Source: a virus
Reading direction: 5' to 3' (one strand)
Virus record (IMG/VR): IMGVR_UViG_3300017917_004503
Coordinates: 1-64,000 of that record
DNA length: 64,000 nucleotides
This document shows positions 1 through 9,808 of this stretch, piece by piece (position 1 is the first letter of the stretch; each line of letters opens with the position of its first letter). The position numbers were made by a program, and so were the translations under genes. Below the pieces are notes generated by a model. That model saw nothing but the letters and a program-made list of their open reading frames with translations. It was not told the DNA's origin and did not search any database.

Positions 1-18
1 AAAAATTAATAGATTATT

Positions 19-609
19 ATGAGAATAGATATAAATTCACATTCTTTAGAAGCTGATAATGGCTGGGGATCGATGTATTACGACGTCATTCCTTCTCTAA
101 TAAACAAATTTGGGTTTACGAGTTTAGTTGAGGTTGGTGTAGCTTTCGGTGGACACCTAGATTCAATATTAGAAAAAACTAAAATAGAGAAAGTATATGG
201 GGTAGATTCATATTTTTTACAGAATACCAGCACCGATAGTTTTTCTTATGATTCAAAAAATTATATTCAATCGGATTATGATAATCTTTACATTTTTACT
301 AAACAGAGATTATCTAAATATGGAAAAAGAGTAGATTTAATTAGAAAATCGAGTATTGATGCAGCTAAAGAATTTGAAAAAGAAAGTCTCGATATTGTTT
401 TTATAGACGCAGAGCACACATATAATGGGGTTAAACAAGATCTTGAAACATGGGAAGAAAAAATAAGAATTTCTGGTGTAATTTCAGGACATGATTACAA
501 TCATCCAAATTTTCCTGGGGTTAAAGAAGCTGTGGACGAATGGTGTAATTTACACAGCTATAAACTGAATGTAGAAAGAGGATATGTTTGGTGGATATGT
601 AAAATTTGA
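19..609 (+). CDS. Class I SAM-dependent methyltransferase (Methyltransf_24-like), probable sugar/glycan methylase
   Basis: VEVGVAFG motif I, VYGVD, DIVFIDAEHTY, GVISGHDY and PGVKEAVDE are typical of this family. Confidence 0.8.
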   Translation: MRIDINSHSLEADNGWGSMYYDVIPSLINKFGFTSLVEVGVAFGGHLDSILEKTKIEKVYGVDSYFLQNTSTDSFSYDSKNYIQSDYDNLYIFTKQRLSKYGKRVDLIRKSSIDAAKEFEKESLDIVFIDAEHTYNGVKQDLETWEEKIRISGVISGHDYNHPNFPGVKEAVDEWCNLHSYKLNVERGYVWWICKI

Positions 610-637
610 AACAAACCCCAAGAAATCCCTATATAAT
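608..637 (+). promoter_or_regulatory. Middle-type promoter
   Basis: GAAAC-N19-TATAAT before ATG 653. Confidence 0.6.
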
Positions 638-652
638 CTAAAAAAATTAAGT

Positions 653-3211
653 ATGAAGATAGTAATAACCGGGGGATTGGGATACATCGGAACGGAAATC
701 TGCAAAATATATTCAGGAGAATCAAGATACAAAGATATTACAGTTATCGACTCTAGATTTATCTCAGAGAGGGTAAAACAATTAAGGGATTGGGGCATTT
801 CTTTTAAACAGTGTAGTCTTTTCGATGAAGATATTTTAAAAGAACTGTTAAAGGATGCCGACATCATAATCCACTTAGCAGGTATAACTGATGTTGCATA
901 CACAAAGACAGAATCAAACACTGAAAAAGATTTAGAAATTACAAAGGTTGGTGTAGATGGAACTAGAAATGTTTTAAGATTCTGTCCTCCTAATTGTAAA
1001 ATAATATTTCCATCAACACATGTCGTCTACGAGGGGTTCGATTCAACAAGATTTGATATAGACGAATCTGTTCCGCCGTGTCCTGTGTTAACCTATGCTA
1101 AAGGTAAAGTTCAATCTGAAAAAGACATTGTCGAATCAGGAAAAAATTATGTTATACTTAGACTTGCTTCTGTGTATGGGTATTCTACAGATACTATGAG
1201 AATTGGAATTATGCCAAATCTCTTTTCAAAGATTGCTTCACAAAACGGAACTATCAAACTGTTTTCAGGAGGAGTTCAGCTTAAAAGCTTGGTCCCACTT
1301 ATCGACGTTGCTAGGTGTTTTAAATTTATGGCGGAGAGTAGTTTGAAAAATGAGATTTTTCATCTTTCGAAAGAAAATCTGACAGTCAAGGATGTTGCTC
1401 TGATTTGTAAAGATATTAATCCTAAACTTGAAATTATAGAGACAGACGATGAAATTCCAAACTTAGGGTATACCATATCCAACAAAAAATTACTCGAAAC
1501 TGGATTTACCTTTAGATATAATTTGAAGGATTGTATAAAGGAAATGATCGAAAATTGGTCCGAGAAAAATATCAATGAAGATCTGGAATATGTCATAAGA
1601 GGAACAAAAGATTTTGTAGATGAAAGAGGAAAAATTAGCAACTATGAACTTACTGAACCAATAAATCTCATTGGATATATCGAATCCAAAGCAGGAAGTG
1701 TTAGAGCTAATCACTATCATCCAATACAAGAACAAAAGTGCTTATTGATAAAAGGAAAATACATTAGCGTAATTAAGGATCTTTCGGATCCCAAATCAGT
1801 TATAGAAACTAGAATAATCAAAGAGGGTGATGTAGCAGTGATCAAACCTAATGTGGCTCACGCGATGGTCTTTCTGGAAGATTCTATATTTTTGAACTTA
1901 GTTAGGGGTGAGAGAGAACACGAAAATTTCGGGATCACACATACTATACCTTCGGTAATCGTTGATGAGGATTTTAGGGTAAAACTTTTAAACGGATATA
2001 AAGAAACATGTAGGGTTTGCGGAGAAAAAAATCTGAGTAAAGTAATATCTCTAGGTAAATCACCTCTAGCAAACAATCTTCTTAATAATTCAAGTGAAAT
2101 ACCTGAAACATATCCGCTTGAATTGGATTATTGTTCAGCATGTCACAATTGTCAATTGAATTATGTTGTTCCTCCAAGTAAAATGTTTGATGATTACTTA
2201 TATAAATCTTCTACCGCAGCTTCTTTTAGAAATCATTTCGAAGTGGCAGCAGAGGATTATATTAAAAGATTTAATTTGGATGAAAAATCAACAGTCCTCG
2301 ATATAGGATCTAACGACGGTATTTTTCTAAAACCAATTAAGGATAAAGGAATTAATGTCATTGGTATAGAACCAGCGAAAAATATATCAGAAATTGCTAA
2401 TTCAAACGGTATCCATACTATAAATTCATATTTTGATGAAAGCGTGGTTAGACTTATAGGCACAAATAAAATAGATCTAATCACAGCATCTAACGTTTTT
2501 GCACACTCGGACGATCTTAAGGGTATAGCTTTAAGATCTTTCGAACTGTTAAAAGAAGATGGAGCATTAATTATAGAAGTCCAATATATTTTAGATACAA
2601 TAAGAGACTTAACGTTTGATAACATTTATCACGAGCACACCAATTATTGGTCTGTGATATCCCTTAAAAAATTCTTCGAAAGACTTGGACTTAAAATAAT
2701 AGATGTCGAACACATTGAAACCCACGGTGGATCTATTAGAGTTTTTATTAAAAGAAGCGGACAAGAAACTGAAAATGTTAGGTCCTTTATAGAAAATGAA
2801 ATTAACTTCGGTTTAAAAGAATATAAAACCTACCAGGATTTCGCAAAAAGAATAATCGAAACAAAAAATAATGTTGTTAAGAATTTCGATATGCTGAAAT
2901 CTGTTAAAGGATACAGATTAGTTGGATACGGATCCCCAGCAAAAGCAACGACAGCTTTAAATTACTATGGGATAGATGGAAATTATTTGGACTACACGAT
3001 AGAAGACAATGATCTAAAGATTGATAAAATAATACCAGGTGTAAATATTCCTATAAAAAATAAGGAATACTGTCTAAAAAATCTACCAGATTTAATAATC
3101 GTATTAGCCTGGAATTTCTTTGATGAAATTAAAAAGAATAACTCAGACTTAATATCAAAAGGGGTTAGATTCATATCAATAAAGGATTTACAAAATCCAG
3201 ATTTCATCTAG
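653..3211 (+). CDS. Three-domain NDP-sugar enzyme: SDR epimerase/reductase + cupin (3,5-epimerase/isomerase-like) + C-methyltransferase
   Basis: Start moved to ATG 653 (MKIVITGGLGYIG, GxxGxxG; YAKGK = YxxxK). Cupin: DERG, RANHYH, PNVAHA. C-methyltransferase: CRVC...CSAC Zn site, LDIGSNDG, FDNIYHEH, HGGSIR, GYGSPAK, LAWNF as in TcaB9/NovU-type enzymes. Confidence 0.85.
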   Translation: MKIVITGGLGYIGTEICKIYSGESRYKDITVIDSRFISERVKQLRDWGISFKQCSLFDEDILKELLKDADIIIHLAGITDVAYTKTESNTEKDLEITKVGVDGTRNVLRFCPPNCKIIFPSTHVVYEGFDSTRFDIDESVPPCPVLTYAKGKVQSEKDIVESGKNYVILRLASVYGYSTDTMRIGIMPNLFSKIASQNGTIKLFSGGVQLKSLVPLIDVARCFKFMAESSLKNEIFHLSKENLTVKDVALICKDINPKLEIIETDDEIPNLGYTISNKKLLETGFTFRYNLKDCIKEMIENWSEKNINEDLEYVIRGTKDFVDERGKISNYELTEPINLIGYIESKAGSVRANHYHPIQEQKCLLIKGKYISVIKDLSDPKSVIETRIIKEGDVAVIKPNVAHAMVFLEDSIFLNLVRGEREHENFGITHTIPSVIVDEDFRVKLLNGYKETCRVCGEKNLSKVISLGKSPLANNLLNNSSEIPETYPLELDYCSACHNCQLNYVVPPSKMFDDYLYKSSTAASFRNHFEVAAEDYIKRFNLDEKSTVLDIGSNDGIFLKPIKDKGINVIGIEPAKNISEIANSNGIHTINSYFDESVVRLIGTNKIDLITASNVFAHSDDLKGIALRSFELLKEDGALIIEVQYILDTIRDLTFDNIYHEHTNYWSVISLKKFFERLGLKIIDVEHIETHGGSIRVFIKRSGQETENVRSFIENEINFGLKEYKTYQDFAKRIIETKNNVVKNFDMLKSVKGYRLVGYGSPAKATTALNYYGIDGNYLDYTIEDNDLKIDKIIPGVNIPIKNKEYCLKNLPDLIIVLAWNFFDEIKKNNSDLISKGVRFISIKDLQNPDFI

Positions 3212-3223
3212 CAAAAATACTTA

Positions 3224-3252
3224 GAAACGAACAACTAGATTTATTTTATAAT
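3224..3252 (+). promoter_or_regulatory. Middle-type promoter
   Basis: GAAAC-N18-TATAAT. Confidence 0.7.
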
Positions 3253-3273
3253 AATTTTACTTGAGTTTTAATT

Positions 3274-4080
3274 ATGGAAAATTTTAAAATATCCTTTGGG
3301 ATAATAACCTCTCAGGGTACCCAACAGCATCTTAACGATTGCATCAACAGTATTATATCACAGGGAATCAACAAGGACTCTTTTGAAATCATTATAGTAG
3401 GTAATTGTAATCTAGAATCAGATTCGAATTTGAAGGTTATACCGTTCGACGAATCACAGAAACCATTGTGGATAACAAGAAAGAAAAACATCATAACACA
3501 AAATTCTTCGTTCGATACGATTTGCTTCATGCATGATTATGTTTCTTTAGAAGAAAACTGGTATAAAGGTATGTCTGAATTTGGTTTTGATTGGGATATT
3601 TGTATGAACCCGATACTAAACACGGACGGAACTAGATGTGTTGACTGGATGGGTCTACCTGACGACCCAGTACACGGAAATGTGATGCTTCCCTATGAGT
3701 ATAAAGGATCTGAAGGCATGTACGTACCTGGATATTATTGGGTTGCAAAAAAATCACTAATGGTAGAATTTCCACTTAATGAAGATTTCATTTGGAATGA
3801 GGGTGAAGATATAGAATGGAGCAAAAGAGTTCTTGGTGGATACCCTCAGAGATGGTTAAAAAATTTATCGGATTTTGAAAACGATAAGATAAAAATTAGA
3901 AAACACAGGTACGTATTGAATCCTCATTCTAGAGTTAGGTTCTTAAAACAGAAACACTTTCCAGATGATTTTTATGAAGAATATGATTTGCACAGTGGAA
4001 ACGAAGCAAGGCCTATGCTATCTACACCTGAAAACTATTATTATCTGAAATTCAATAAAAAATCCTACAGAGGAGTATGA
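3274..4080 (+). CDS. GT-A fold (GT2-like) glycosyltransferase
   Basis: ISFGIIT, CINSI, FEIIIVG, RKKNII, FMHDY, GEDIEWS pattern. Confidence 0.65.
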   Translation: MENFKISFGIITSQGTQQHLNDCINSIISQGINKDSFEIIIVGNCNLESDSNLKVIPFDESQKPLWITRKKNIITQNSSFDTICFMHDYVSLEENWYKGMSEFGFDWDICMNPILNTDGTRCVDWMGLPDDPVHGNVMLPYEYKGSEGMYVPGYYWVAKKSLMVEFPLNEDFIWNEGEDIEWSKRVLGGYPQRWLKNLSDFENDKIKIRKHRYVLNPHSRVRFLKQKHFPDDFYEEYDLHSGNEARPMLSTPENYYYLKFNKKSYRGV

Positions 4081-5432
4081 AATTAATAATTTTCGATTTG
4101 GATGGGGTTTTAATAGAGGCTAAAGACATTCATTTTTTAGCTTTGAATCGTGCTCTAGGTGAATATGCTATAGATTGGGACGAACACATTTCAGTTTACG
4201 ACGGTTTAAAAACCGAACAAAAACTAGAAATGTTAAATAAAAGGAAAGGTTTACCCAAAGAAGAATTTAACCAGATTTGGAAAGATAAACAAAAATTCAC
4301 TTTAGAAGAATTACAAAAGTTACCTTTTAATAAAGATCTATATGAAACTATAAAGCTGCTCAAAGAAGAAGGGTTTAAGTTAGCTGTTTGCAGTAATAGT
4401 ATCAGAAGAACTGTTTATTCTGTTCTTTGTAAACTATCTCTGATGGATCTATTTGATCTGGTGTTATCTAATGAAGATGTTTTGAATAGTAAGCCGCATC
4501 CAGAAATATACTGGAAGGCTATGTCTAAGTTAAAATGCCTACCTGAAGAAACACTCATAGTCGAAGATTCACCATACGGGCTATTGGCAGCTTCTAGAAG
4601 TAATGCAAACATATTAAGAGTCAGATCACCAAAAGACGTTACATACGTTAACATAAAAGATTCCATTAATAAAACCAATCAAGAAAATAATATGAGAACA
4701 CCGGCTTGGAAAGATGAAAAAATGAACATATTAATACCTATGGCGGGAGCTGGTTCTAGATTTGAGCAGGCAGGATATAGCTTTCCTAAACCTCTTATCG
4801 AAGTTAAAGGCAAACCTATGATTCAAGTCGTGGTTGAAAATCTTAACATAGAAGCTAATTTCATATATGTCGTTCAAAAATCACATAGGAAAAAGTATAA
4901 TCTAGATGCTCTTTTGAATCTAATAACTCCAGGATGTAAGATAGTGGAAGTGGATGGTATAACGGAAGGAGCAGCTTGCACAGCTTTAAAAGCCAAGGAG
5001 TTCATAGATAACGAGTATCCTTTATTTTTTGCTAACTCAGATCAATATGTAGAATGGGATTCGAACGAGTTTATGTACAAAATGAACGAATCGAACTCAG
5101 ACGGGGGAATAGTTACTTTTGAAGCAACTCATCCCAAATGGTCTTTTGCTAAAGTGAACGAAAATGGGTTGGTGGTCGAGGTAGCAGAGAAGAATCCGAT
5201 ATCTAATATTGCAACGGTTGGTTACTATTATTGGAAGAAAGGATCAGATTTTGTAAAGTATTCGGAGATGATGATTGAAAGAAATATAAGAGTTAATAAT
5301 GAATTTTATGTTTGTCCTGTATTCAATCTTGCAATAGAAGAAAACAAACAGATTAGGACATATCAAGCAAATAAAATGTGGGGATTAGGAACTCCAGAAG
5401 ATCTTAATTATTTTCTAGAAAAATACAAATGA
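4077..5432 (+). CDS. Fusion: HAD-family phosphatase + sugar-phosphate nucleotidyltransferase-like domain
   Basis: FDLDGVL, CSNS, KPHPE, VEDS (HAD); IPMAGAGSRF...PKPLI, TEGAACT, NSD, AEK, GLGTPEDL (NTP transferase fold). Confidence 0.85.
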   Translation: MKLIIFDLDGVLIEAKDIHFLALNRALGEYAIDWDEHISVYDGLKTEQKLEMLNKRKGLPKEEFNQIWKDKQKFTLEELQKLPFNKDLYETIKLLKEEGFKLAVCSNSIRRTVYSVLCKLSLMDLFDLVLSNEDVLNSKPHPEIYWKAMSKLKCLPEETLIVEDSPYGLLAASRSNANILRVRSPKDVTYVNIKDSINKTNQENNMRTPAWKDEKMNILIPMAGAGSRFEQAGYSFPKPLIEVKGKPMIQVVVENLNIEANFIYVVQKSHRKKYNLDALLNLITPGCKIVEVDGITEGAACTALKAKEFIDNEYPLFFANSDQYVEWDSNEFMYKMNESNSDGGIVTFEATHPKWSFAKVNENGLVVEVAEKNPISNIATVGYYYWKKGSDFVKYSEMMIERNIRVNNEFYVCPVFNLAIEENKQIRTYQANKMWGLGTPEDLNYFLEKYK

Positions 5433-5884
5433 TTTTAATTTCACATAGAGGGAATATAAATGGACGTTTCGAGTCATGTGAAAATGAGCCTACGTATGTC
5501 GATGAAGCCATTAAAGATGGATATGATGTAGAAGTTGACGTTTGGGTTATAGATGGTGTATTATACCTTGGGCACGATAAGCATCAATATGATGTTGATT
5601 TGAGATGGTTTAGAGACAGGTTAGAAAAACTTTGGATCCATTGTAAAAATGTTGATGCCATTAATTTTTTCAGAGATTCTAAATACAGGTTTAATTATTT
5701 TTGGCATGAAACAGACACGATAACATTAACATCTTTAAATTATATTTGGGCTTATCCAGGTAAACAACCAATAGAAAAAAGCATAGCAGTTTTACCAGAG
5801 ATCTTTTCAGACACATTGGATAAATGCTCTGGGGTCTGTAGCGATTATGTTTCGAAATATAAAAAATCCGAAAATATTTTATAA
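5429..5884 (+). CDS. Small GDPD/PLC-like phosphodiesterase
   Basis: ISHRGN, EN, DVEVDV, LGHD, WIHCKN, GVCSD. Confidence 0.7.
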   Translation: MILISHRGNINGRFESCENEPTYVDEAIKDGYDVEVDVWVIDGVLYLGHDKHQYDVDLRWFRDRLEKLWIHCKNVDAINFFRDSKYRFNYFWHETDTITLTSLNYIWAYPGKQPIEKSIAVLPEIFSDTLDKCSGVCSDYVSKYKKSENIL

Positions 5885-5897
5885 TTGTGCAATATAA

Positions 5898-6638
5898 ATG
5901 AAAGTGGTTAAAAAAATATTATTACATATAATTGCAACGGGGAAATATGACAGGTACATCCAAGGAATCTTGGATTCGGCCAAAAATCATTTTCTGAAGG
6001 ATCAAAAAATAGAGTTTGTAATTTATACTGATTCTGATTTTTTTCTAGAATCGGATGATATCACTATACACAAATTGCATATAGAGCATGAACCATGGCC
6101 AGCTCCGACCCTAAAAAGATTCGAATACTTTAGCCTAGCTGAATCACTGATAAGGGAATCTGATTTTTCTTTCTATATTGACGTTGACAGTCTTTTCATA
6201 AGAGATATAGAACTATCGAATCTGGGAATAAATGAGGATTTTAAAGGAATGATAGGTACACTGCACCCCGGTTATTACGGAAGATGTGGTACTCCAGAGA
6301 GAAGACCGATTTCTCTAGCTTATATACCGAAGGAAGCAAATAATAGTTATTACTGTGGAGGATTTTTTGGAGGGTCTTCTGAAAGCTTTCTTGATTTTAT
6401 TTTTCTCATGAAATCAAATATACAGAATGATTTAGAGAAAGGAATTATAGCTATATGGCACGACGAATCTCATCTGAACAAATATTTTTACACGAATCCC
6501 CCAAAATCAGTTCTGGGTGTTGGATTCACGTGTCCCGAAGAAAGAAGATTTAAGGAAGATTATTTCATGGAGCCATATATTATTTTTCTTAACAAAGAAG
6601 ATCACATAAAAATTGAAAAAGGACAAGATGTTAATTAA
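5898..6638 (+). CDS. GT6 family (ABO-type alpha-1,3-Gal/GalNAc) glycosyltransferase
   Basis: IATGKY, WP..TLKRF, DVD, TLHPG, YYCGGFFGG, IWHDESHLNKY. Confidence 0.88.
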   Translation: MKVVKKILLHIIATGKYDRYIQGILDSAKNHFLKDQKIEFVIYTDSDFFLESDDITIHKLHIEHEPWPAPTLKRFEYFSLAESLIRESDFSFYIDVDSLFIRDIELSNLGINEDFKGMIGTLHPGYYGRCGTPERRPISLAYIPKEANNSYYCGGFFGGSSESFLDFIFLMKSNIQNDLEKGIIAIWHDESHLNKYFYTNPPKSVLGVGFTCPEERRFKEDYFMEPYIIFLNKEDHIKIEKGQDVN

Positions 6639-7464
6639 AGATCTAAAAAATACAACATTTATAATACCCCTGATGGTAGAACATTCTGATAGATACAGAA
6701 ACTCCAGGGTGACACTAGGGTTTCTGAATCATCATTTCGAAACCAATGTATTCATCTATGAAATATCAGAATCGGGTGAAACCAAATTAGATTTTTTAGA
6801 TTCTTTAGAAAATCTGAAAATAAAACATTGGGTCGAAAAAGGTGAAACCCCTATTCCCAACTCAGATGCTTTAGTTTTCCACAGAACAAAGTATCTTAAC
6901 ATAATGCTTGATCAGGTACAAACACCAGTTGTTGTCAATTATGATATTGATGTGATATTGTATCCAGAGTTTTATACTCAATGTCAAGACGATATTATTC
7001 AGGGTGGATCAGATGTCATTTATCCATTTAGATTTGGAAGTAGAGGGCAAATTAGGGTTCTCGATGGATTCGACTACGATAGATTCATCAAGGAGGATTA
7101 TAATTTTCACTATATTAATTCATTTGGTCCAATGGATTACTATGATAGCGAATATGGACATTGTATTTTTTTCAACACGGAGCTATATAAAAAATACGGA
7201 GGTGAAAATGAAAATTTTATTTCATACGGTCCAGAGGACAAAGAGAGAGGATTAAGATTCCAAAAAATAGGGTTGAAAGTTTCTTGGGTCAGCGAGTCGA
7301 TTGTTTATCACTTCGAGCATCACAGAGGAGCAGATAGTGGCCACACGAATCCATTTTTCGGACACAATTGGGAGGTTTTCAATAACCTGAACAGAATGAA
7401 CGGTCAAGAACTCATAGACTATTATAATTCTCAGTCTTATCAACACAAATACCAAAATTTTTAA
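6628..7464 (+). CDS. GT7-like (beta-1,4-galactosyltransferase C-terminal motif) glycosyltransferase
   Basis: TFIIPL, FHRTKYLN, YDIDV (DXD), GGENENFISYGPEDKE, YHFEH. ATG 6628 preferred over TTG 6613. Confidence 0.7.
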   Translation: MLIKDLKNTTFIIPLMVEHSDRYRNSRVTLGFLNHHFETNVFIYEISESGETKLDFLDSLENLKIKHWVEKGETPIPNSDALVFHRTKYLNIMLDQVQTPVVVNYDIDVILYPEFYTQCQDDIIQGGSDVIYPFRFGSRGQIRVLDGFDYDRFIKEDYNFHYINSFGPMDYYDSEYGHCIFFNTELYKKYGGENENFISYGPEDKERGLRFQKIGLKVSWVSESIVYHFEHHRGADSGHTNPFFGHNWEVFNNLNRMNGQELIDYYNSQSYQHKYQNF

Positions 7465-7469
7465 AATAA

Positions 7470-8444
7470 ATGAAAAGAGCTCTAATCACAGGAATAAACG
7501 GACAAGATGGAAGTTATTTAGCAGAATTTCTGATCGAAAAGGGATACCAAGTTTTTGGTACAATTAAGAGGAATTCGGTTTCAGAAAACCAAACTTCCCG
7601 ATTAAATTCAGTCTACGATGTCATAAAGGGCAATCTGATTTATGCTGATTTATTAGACGTTCCTTCTTTAATTCATGCTTTAAAAGTTTCAGATCCTCAC
7701 GAGGTCTATAATTTGGCTGCACAGTCTCATGTTAGAATTTCTTTCGATCAACCCATATACACTGCTCAATCGACAGGTTTAGGTACTTTGAATCTATTGG
7801 AGTCTATTAGAATACACAATCCCAAAATTAAAATGTATCAAGCATCATCTTCTGAGATGTTTGGTAATTCTATAGATAAAGATGGATTTCAAAGAGAAAC
7901 TACTCCAATGAATCCAGTGTCTCCTTATGGATGTTCTAAGGTATTCTCATACAATATTTGCAGAAACTACAGAAATTCATACAATATGTTTATTAGTAAC
8001 GGTATTCTGTTCAATCACGAATCACCCCGTAGGGGTGTTAATTTTGTCACTAATAAGGTTGTTAAGGGTGCGGTAGAGATTATGATGGGTAAAAAGAAAA
8101 AACTCGAATTAGGCAATCTAAAAGCGACTAGAGATTGGGGACATGCTAAAGATTACGTTAAAGCAATGTGGATGATTCTCCAATTGGAAACTCCGGACGA
8201 TTTTGTTTGTTCTACTGGAATTTCACATAGTGTAGGTGATCTTGTCGAATACGTTTTTACAAAATTGGGTTTGGATTGGGGTGAACACATCGAAATAGAT
8301 TCTAAGTTTTTTAGACCAGAAGAATTAGAGGATCTCAGAGGGGATTCGAGTAAACTAAGAAAAATGACCGGTTGGGAGCCAAGTTACTCTTTCGAGACGA
8401 TGCTAGACGAAATGATAGATTATTGGGTAGAACATTATAACTAA
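7470..8444 (+). CDS. gmd: GDP-mannose 4,6-dehydratase
   Basis: ALITGINGQDGSYLAE, YNLAAQSHVRISF, YQASSSEMFG, PVSPYG, GILFNHESPRRG, RDWGHAKDYV. Confidence 0.97.
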   Translation: MKRALITGINGQDGSYLAEFLIEKGYQVFGTIKRNSVSENQTSRLNSVYDVIKGNLIYADLLDVPSLIHALKVSDPHEVYNLAAQSHVRISFDQPIYTAQSTGLGTLNLLESIRIHNPKIKMYQASSSEMFGNSIDKDGFQRETTPMNPVSPYGCSKVFSYNICRNYRNSYNMFISNGILFNHESPRRGVNFVTNKVVKGAVEIMMGKKKKLELGNLKATRDWGHAKDYVKAMWMILQLETPDDFVCSTGISHSVGDLVEYVFTKLGLDWGEHIEIDSKFFRPEELEDLRGDSSKLRKMTGWEPSYSFETMLDEMIDYWVEHYN

Positions 8445-8466
8445 TTCGAACAAATCACTATAATTT

Positions 8467-8500
8467 AAAAATCCCGGGCTTATTAAGCTTGGGATTTTTT
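8467..8500 (+). terminator. Intrinsic terminator ending the glycan cluster
   Basis: AAAATCCCGGGCT...AGCTTGGGATTTTTT hairpin with T tail after gmd. Confidence 0.75.
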
Positions 8501-8502
8501 GT

Positions 8503-8510
8503 GATATATA
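8503..8510 (+). promoter_or_regulatory. Late promoter motif RATATATA
   Basis: GATATATA between terminator and ATG 8532. Confidence 0.65.
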
Positions 8511-8531
8511 CTACCAAATAATATACACTTT

Positions 8532-9806
8532 ATGAAAATTGGAAAAGTTGTGGATTTTAGAACATTTCACAAATTAAACGAAGCTGAAGGATCCGGCGTA
8601 ATTAGTGCGGTGGATCAAATTGTTAATATATTCTTTTCTGCATATGGTGCATTAGTTACTAAAATTGGTGGTTATAGCGGATACGAAAATGATTTAATAA
8701 AAGTAGCTGAATCTAAACCAGAAGAAAAGGGTAAAGCCATGTTAGAAGCAATTACAAAAGTTTCAAGCAAAGTAGACCCGAAGTACAAAGAAGCTGCTAA
8801 TGAAATGACTTTGGCTGGAAAGAAGATCCAGCAGGCTTATGAAATATTAATAGGAACAGACGAAGGTAAGAAACAGTTAGAAAACATAAACGACAAAATT
8901 TATAGAAAAATCATAGATCTACAGAAAACACTAAAGTCGGTAGCAGCTGACGTCAAAGACGAGAAAACTGAGATCAAAGATTTCAATAGCATTAATTATA
9001 ATGAGGAATCGGCTTTATTTGAAAAGTTTTTCGATAAAACTTTCACAAAGGAGAGGAATCAGCTAGTTTCTAATATAGCTCCTATGTTAGCACAGGCTAC
9101 AGAATTAGCCAAAAATTCTCCAACTGAAAACATGAAAACTGAATGTAAAAAGAAGGCAGAAGAATTAAACGGGTTTGTTAAAAAATTATCTAAGGATAAT
9201 GAAAAAGAGTGGGAAGAAATGAAGAGGAGAGAAAGAGTGGACGAGCTCAAGAGAATTAGCGATAGGGTTAATCTAATACCCAACGAGATTCAAGAAATTC
9301 AAACCAAAACTTTAATCCAATTAGGAATTGACAGAAAAATACAATCTGCTATAACATCAGCTTCGGAGGCTTTCACTAATGCTATGGTCATCTTAAATAA
9401 AGAGGTCGAAGAAACTATTGACGCTTCTGCTGAGAAAAAAGAGGAAGAAACTAAAAAAGATGCTGGGGGTGATGATCAGAAAAAAGAAGCTAAAGGAGAA
9501 TCTAAAGAAGAAATAGTTTCAGGAACAATCGATGTAACAAATTTAAAAAAGGCTGGAAAAAATAGGGAGGCTATTAGAGATTCTCAAAAGAAAATGAATA
9601 TTCTTCTTCCAGAAGACTCTAAAATTAAAGACGATGGTCTTTATGGCAAGAACACAGAAAAAGCTGTTAGAGATATAGCATCTCAGTATTCTTCAATAGC
9701 ACCTGAAATTAAAGGATTAGATGGTAAAAAGATGACTCCTGAATTTAGAAAATTTCTCGATAACTTCGAAAAAAATAAAGAAAAAATAGCAGAGCTATTC
9801 AAATAA
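8532..9806 (+). CDS. Putative head-internal protein with C-terminal peptidoglycan-binding-like domain
   Basis: Late motif at 8503; N-terminus VDFRTFHKLNE resembles T4-like internal-protein leaders; C-terminal AIRDSQKKMN...DDGLYGKNTEKAVR resembles PG_binding_1. Confidence 0.5.
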   Translation: MKIGKVVDFRTFHKLNEAEGSGVISAVDQIVNIFFSAYGALVTKIGGYSGYENDLIKVAESKPEEKGKAMLEAITKVSSKVDPKYKEAANEMTLAGKKIQQAYEILIGTDEGKKQLENINDKIYRKIIDLQKTLKSVAADVKDEKTEIKDFNSINYNEESALFEKFFDKTFTKERNQLVSNIAPMLAQATELAKNSPTENMKTECKKKAEELNGFVKKLSKDNEKEWEEMKRRERVDELKRISDRVNLIPNEIQEIQTKTLIQLGIDRKIQSAITSASEAFTNAMVILNKEVEETIDASAEKKEEETKKDAGGDDQKKEAKGESKEEIVSGTIDVTNLKKAGKNREAIRDSQKKMNILLPEDSKIKDDGLYGKNTEKAVRDIASQYSSIAPEIKGLDGKKMTPEFRKFLDNFEKNKEKIAELFK

Positions 9807-9808
9807 TC

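Noticed and set aside
584-652. Longer ORF-track starts (584, 6613, 12847, 13777, 20106, 44708, 49670)
   Set aside because: They overlap upstream genes or promoters; downstream starts fit domain boundaries and promoter positions
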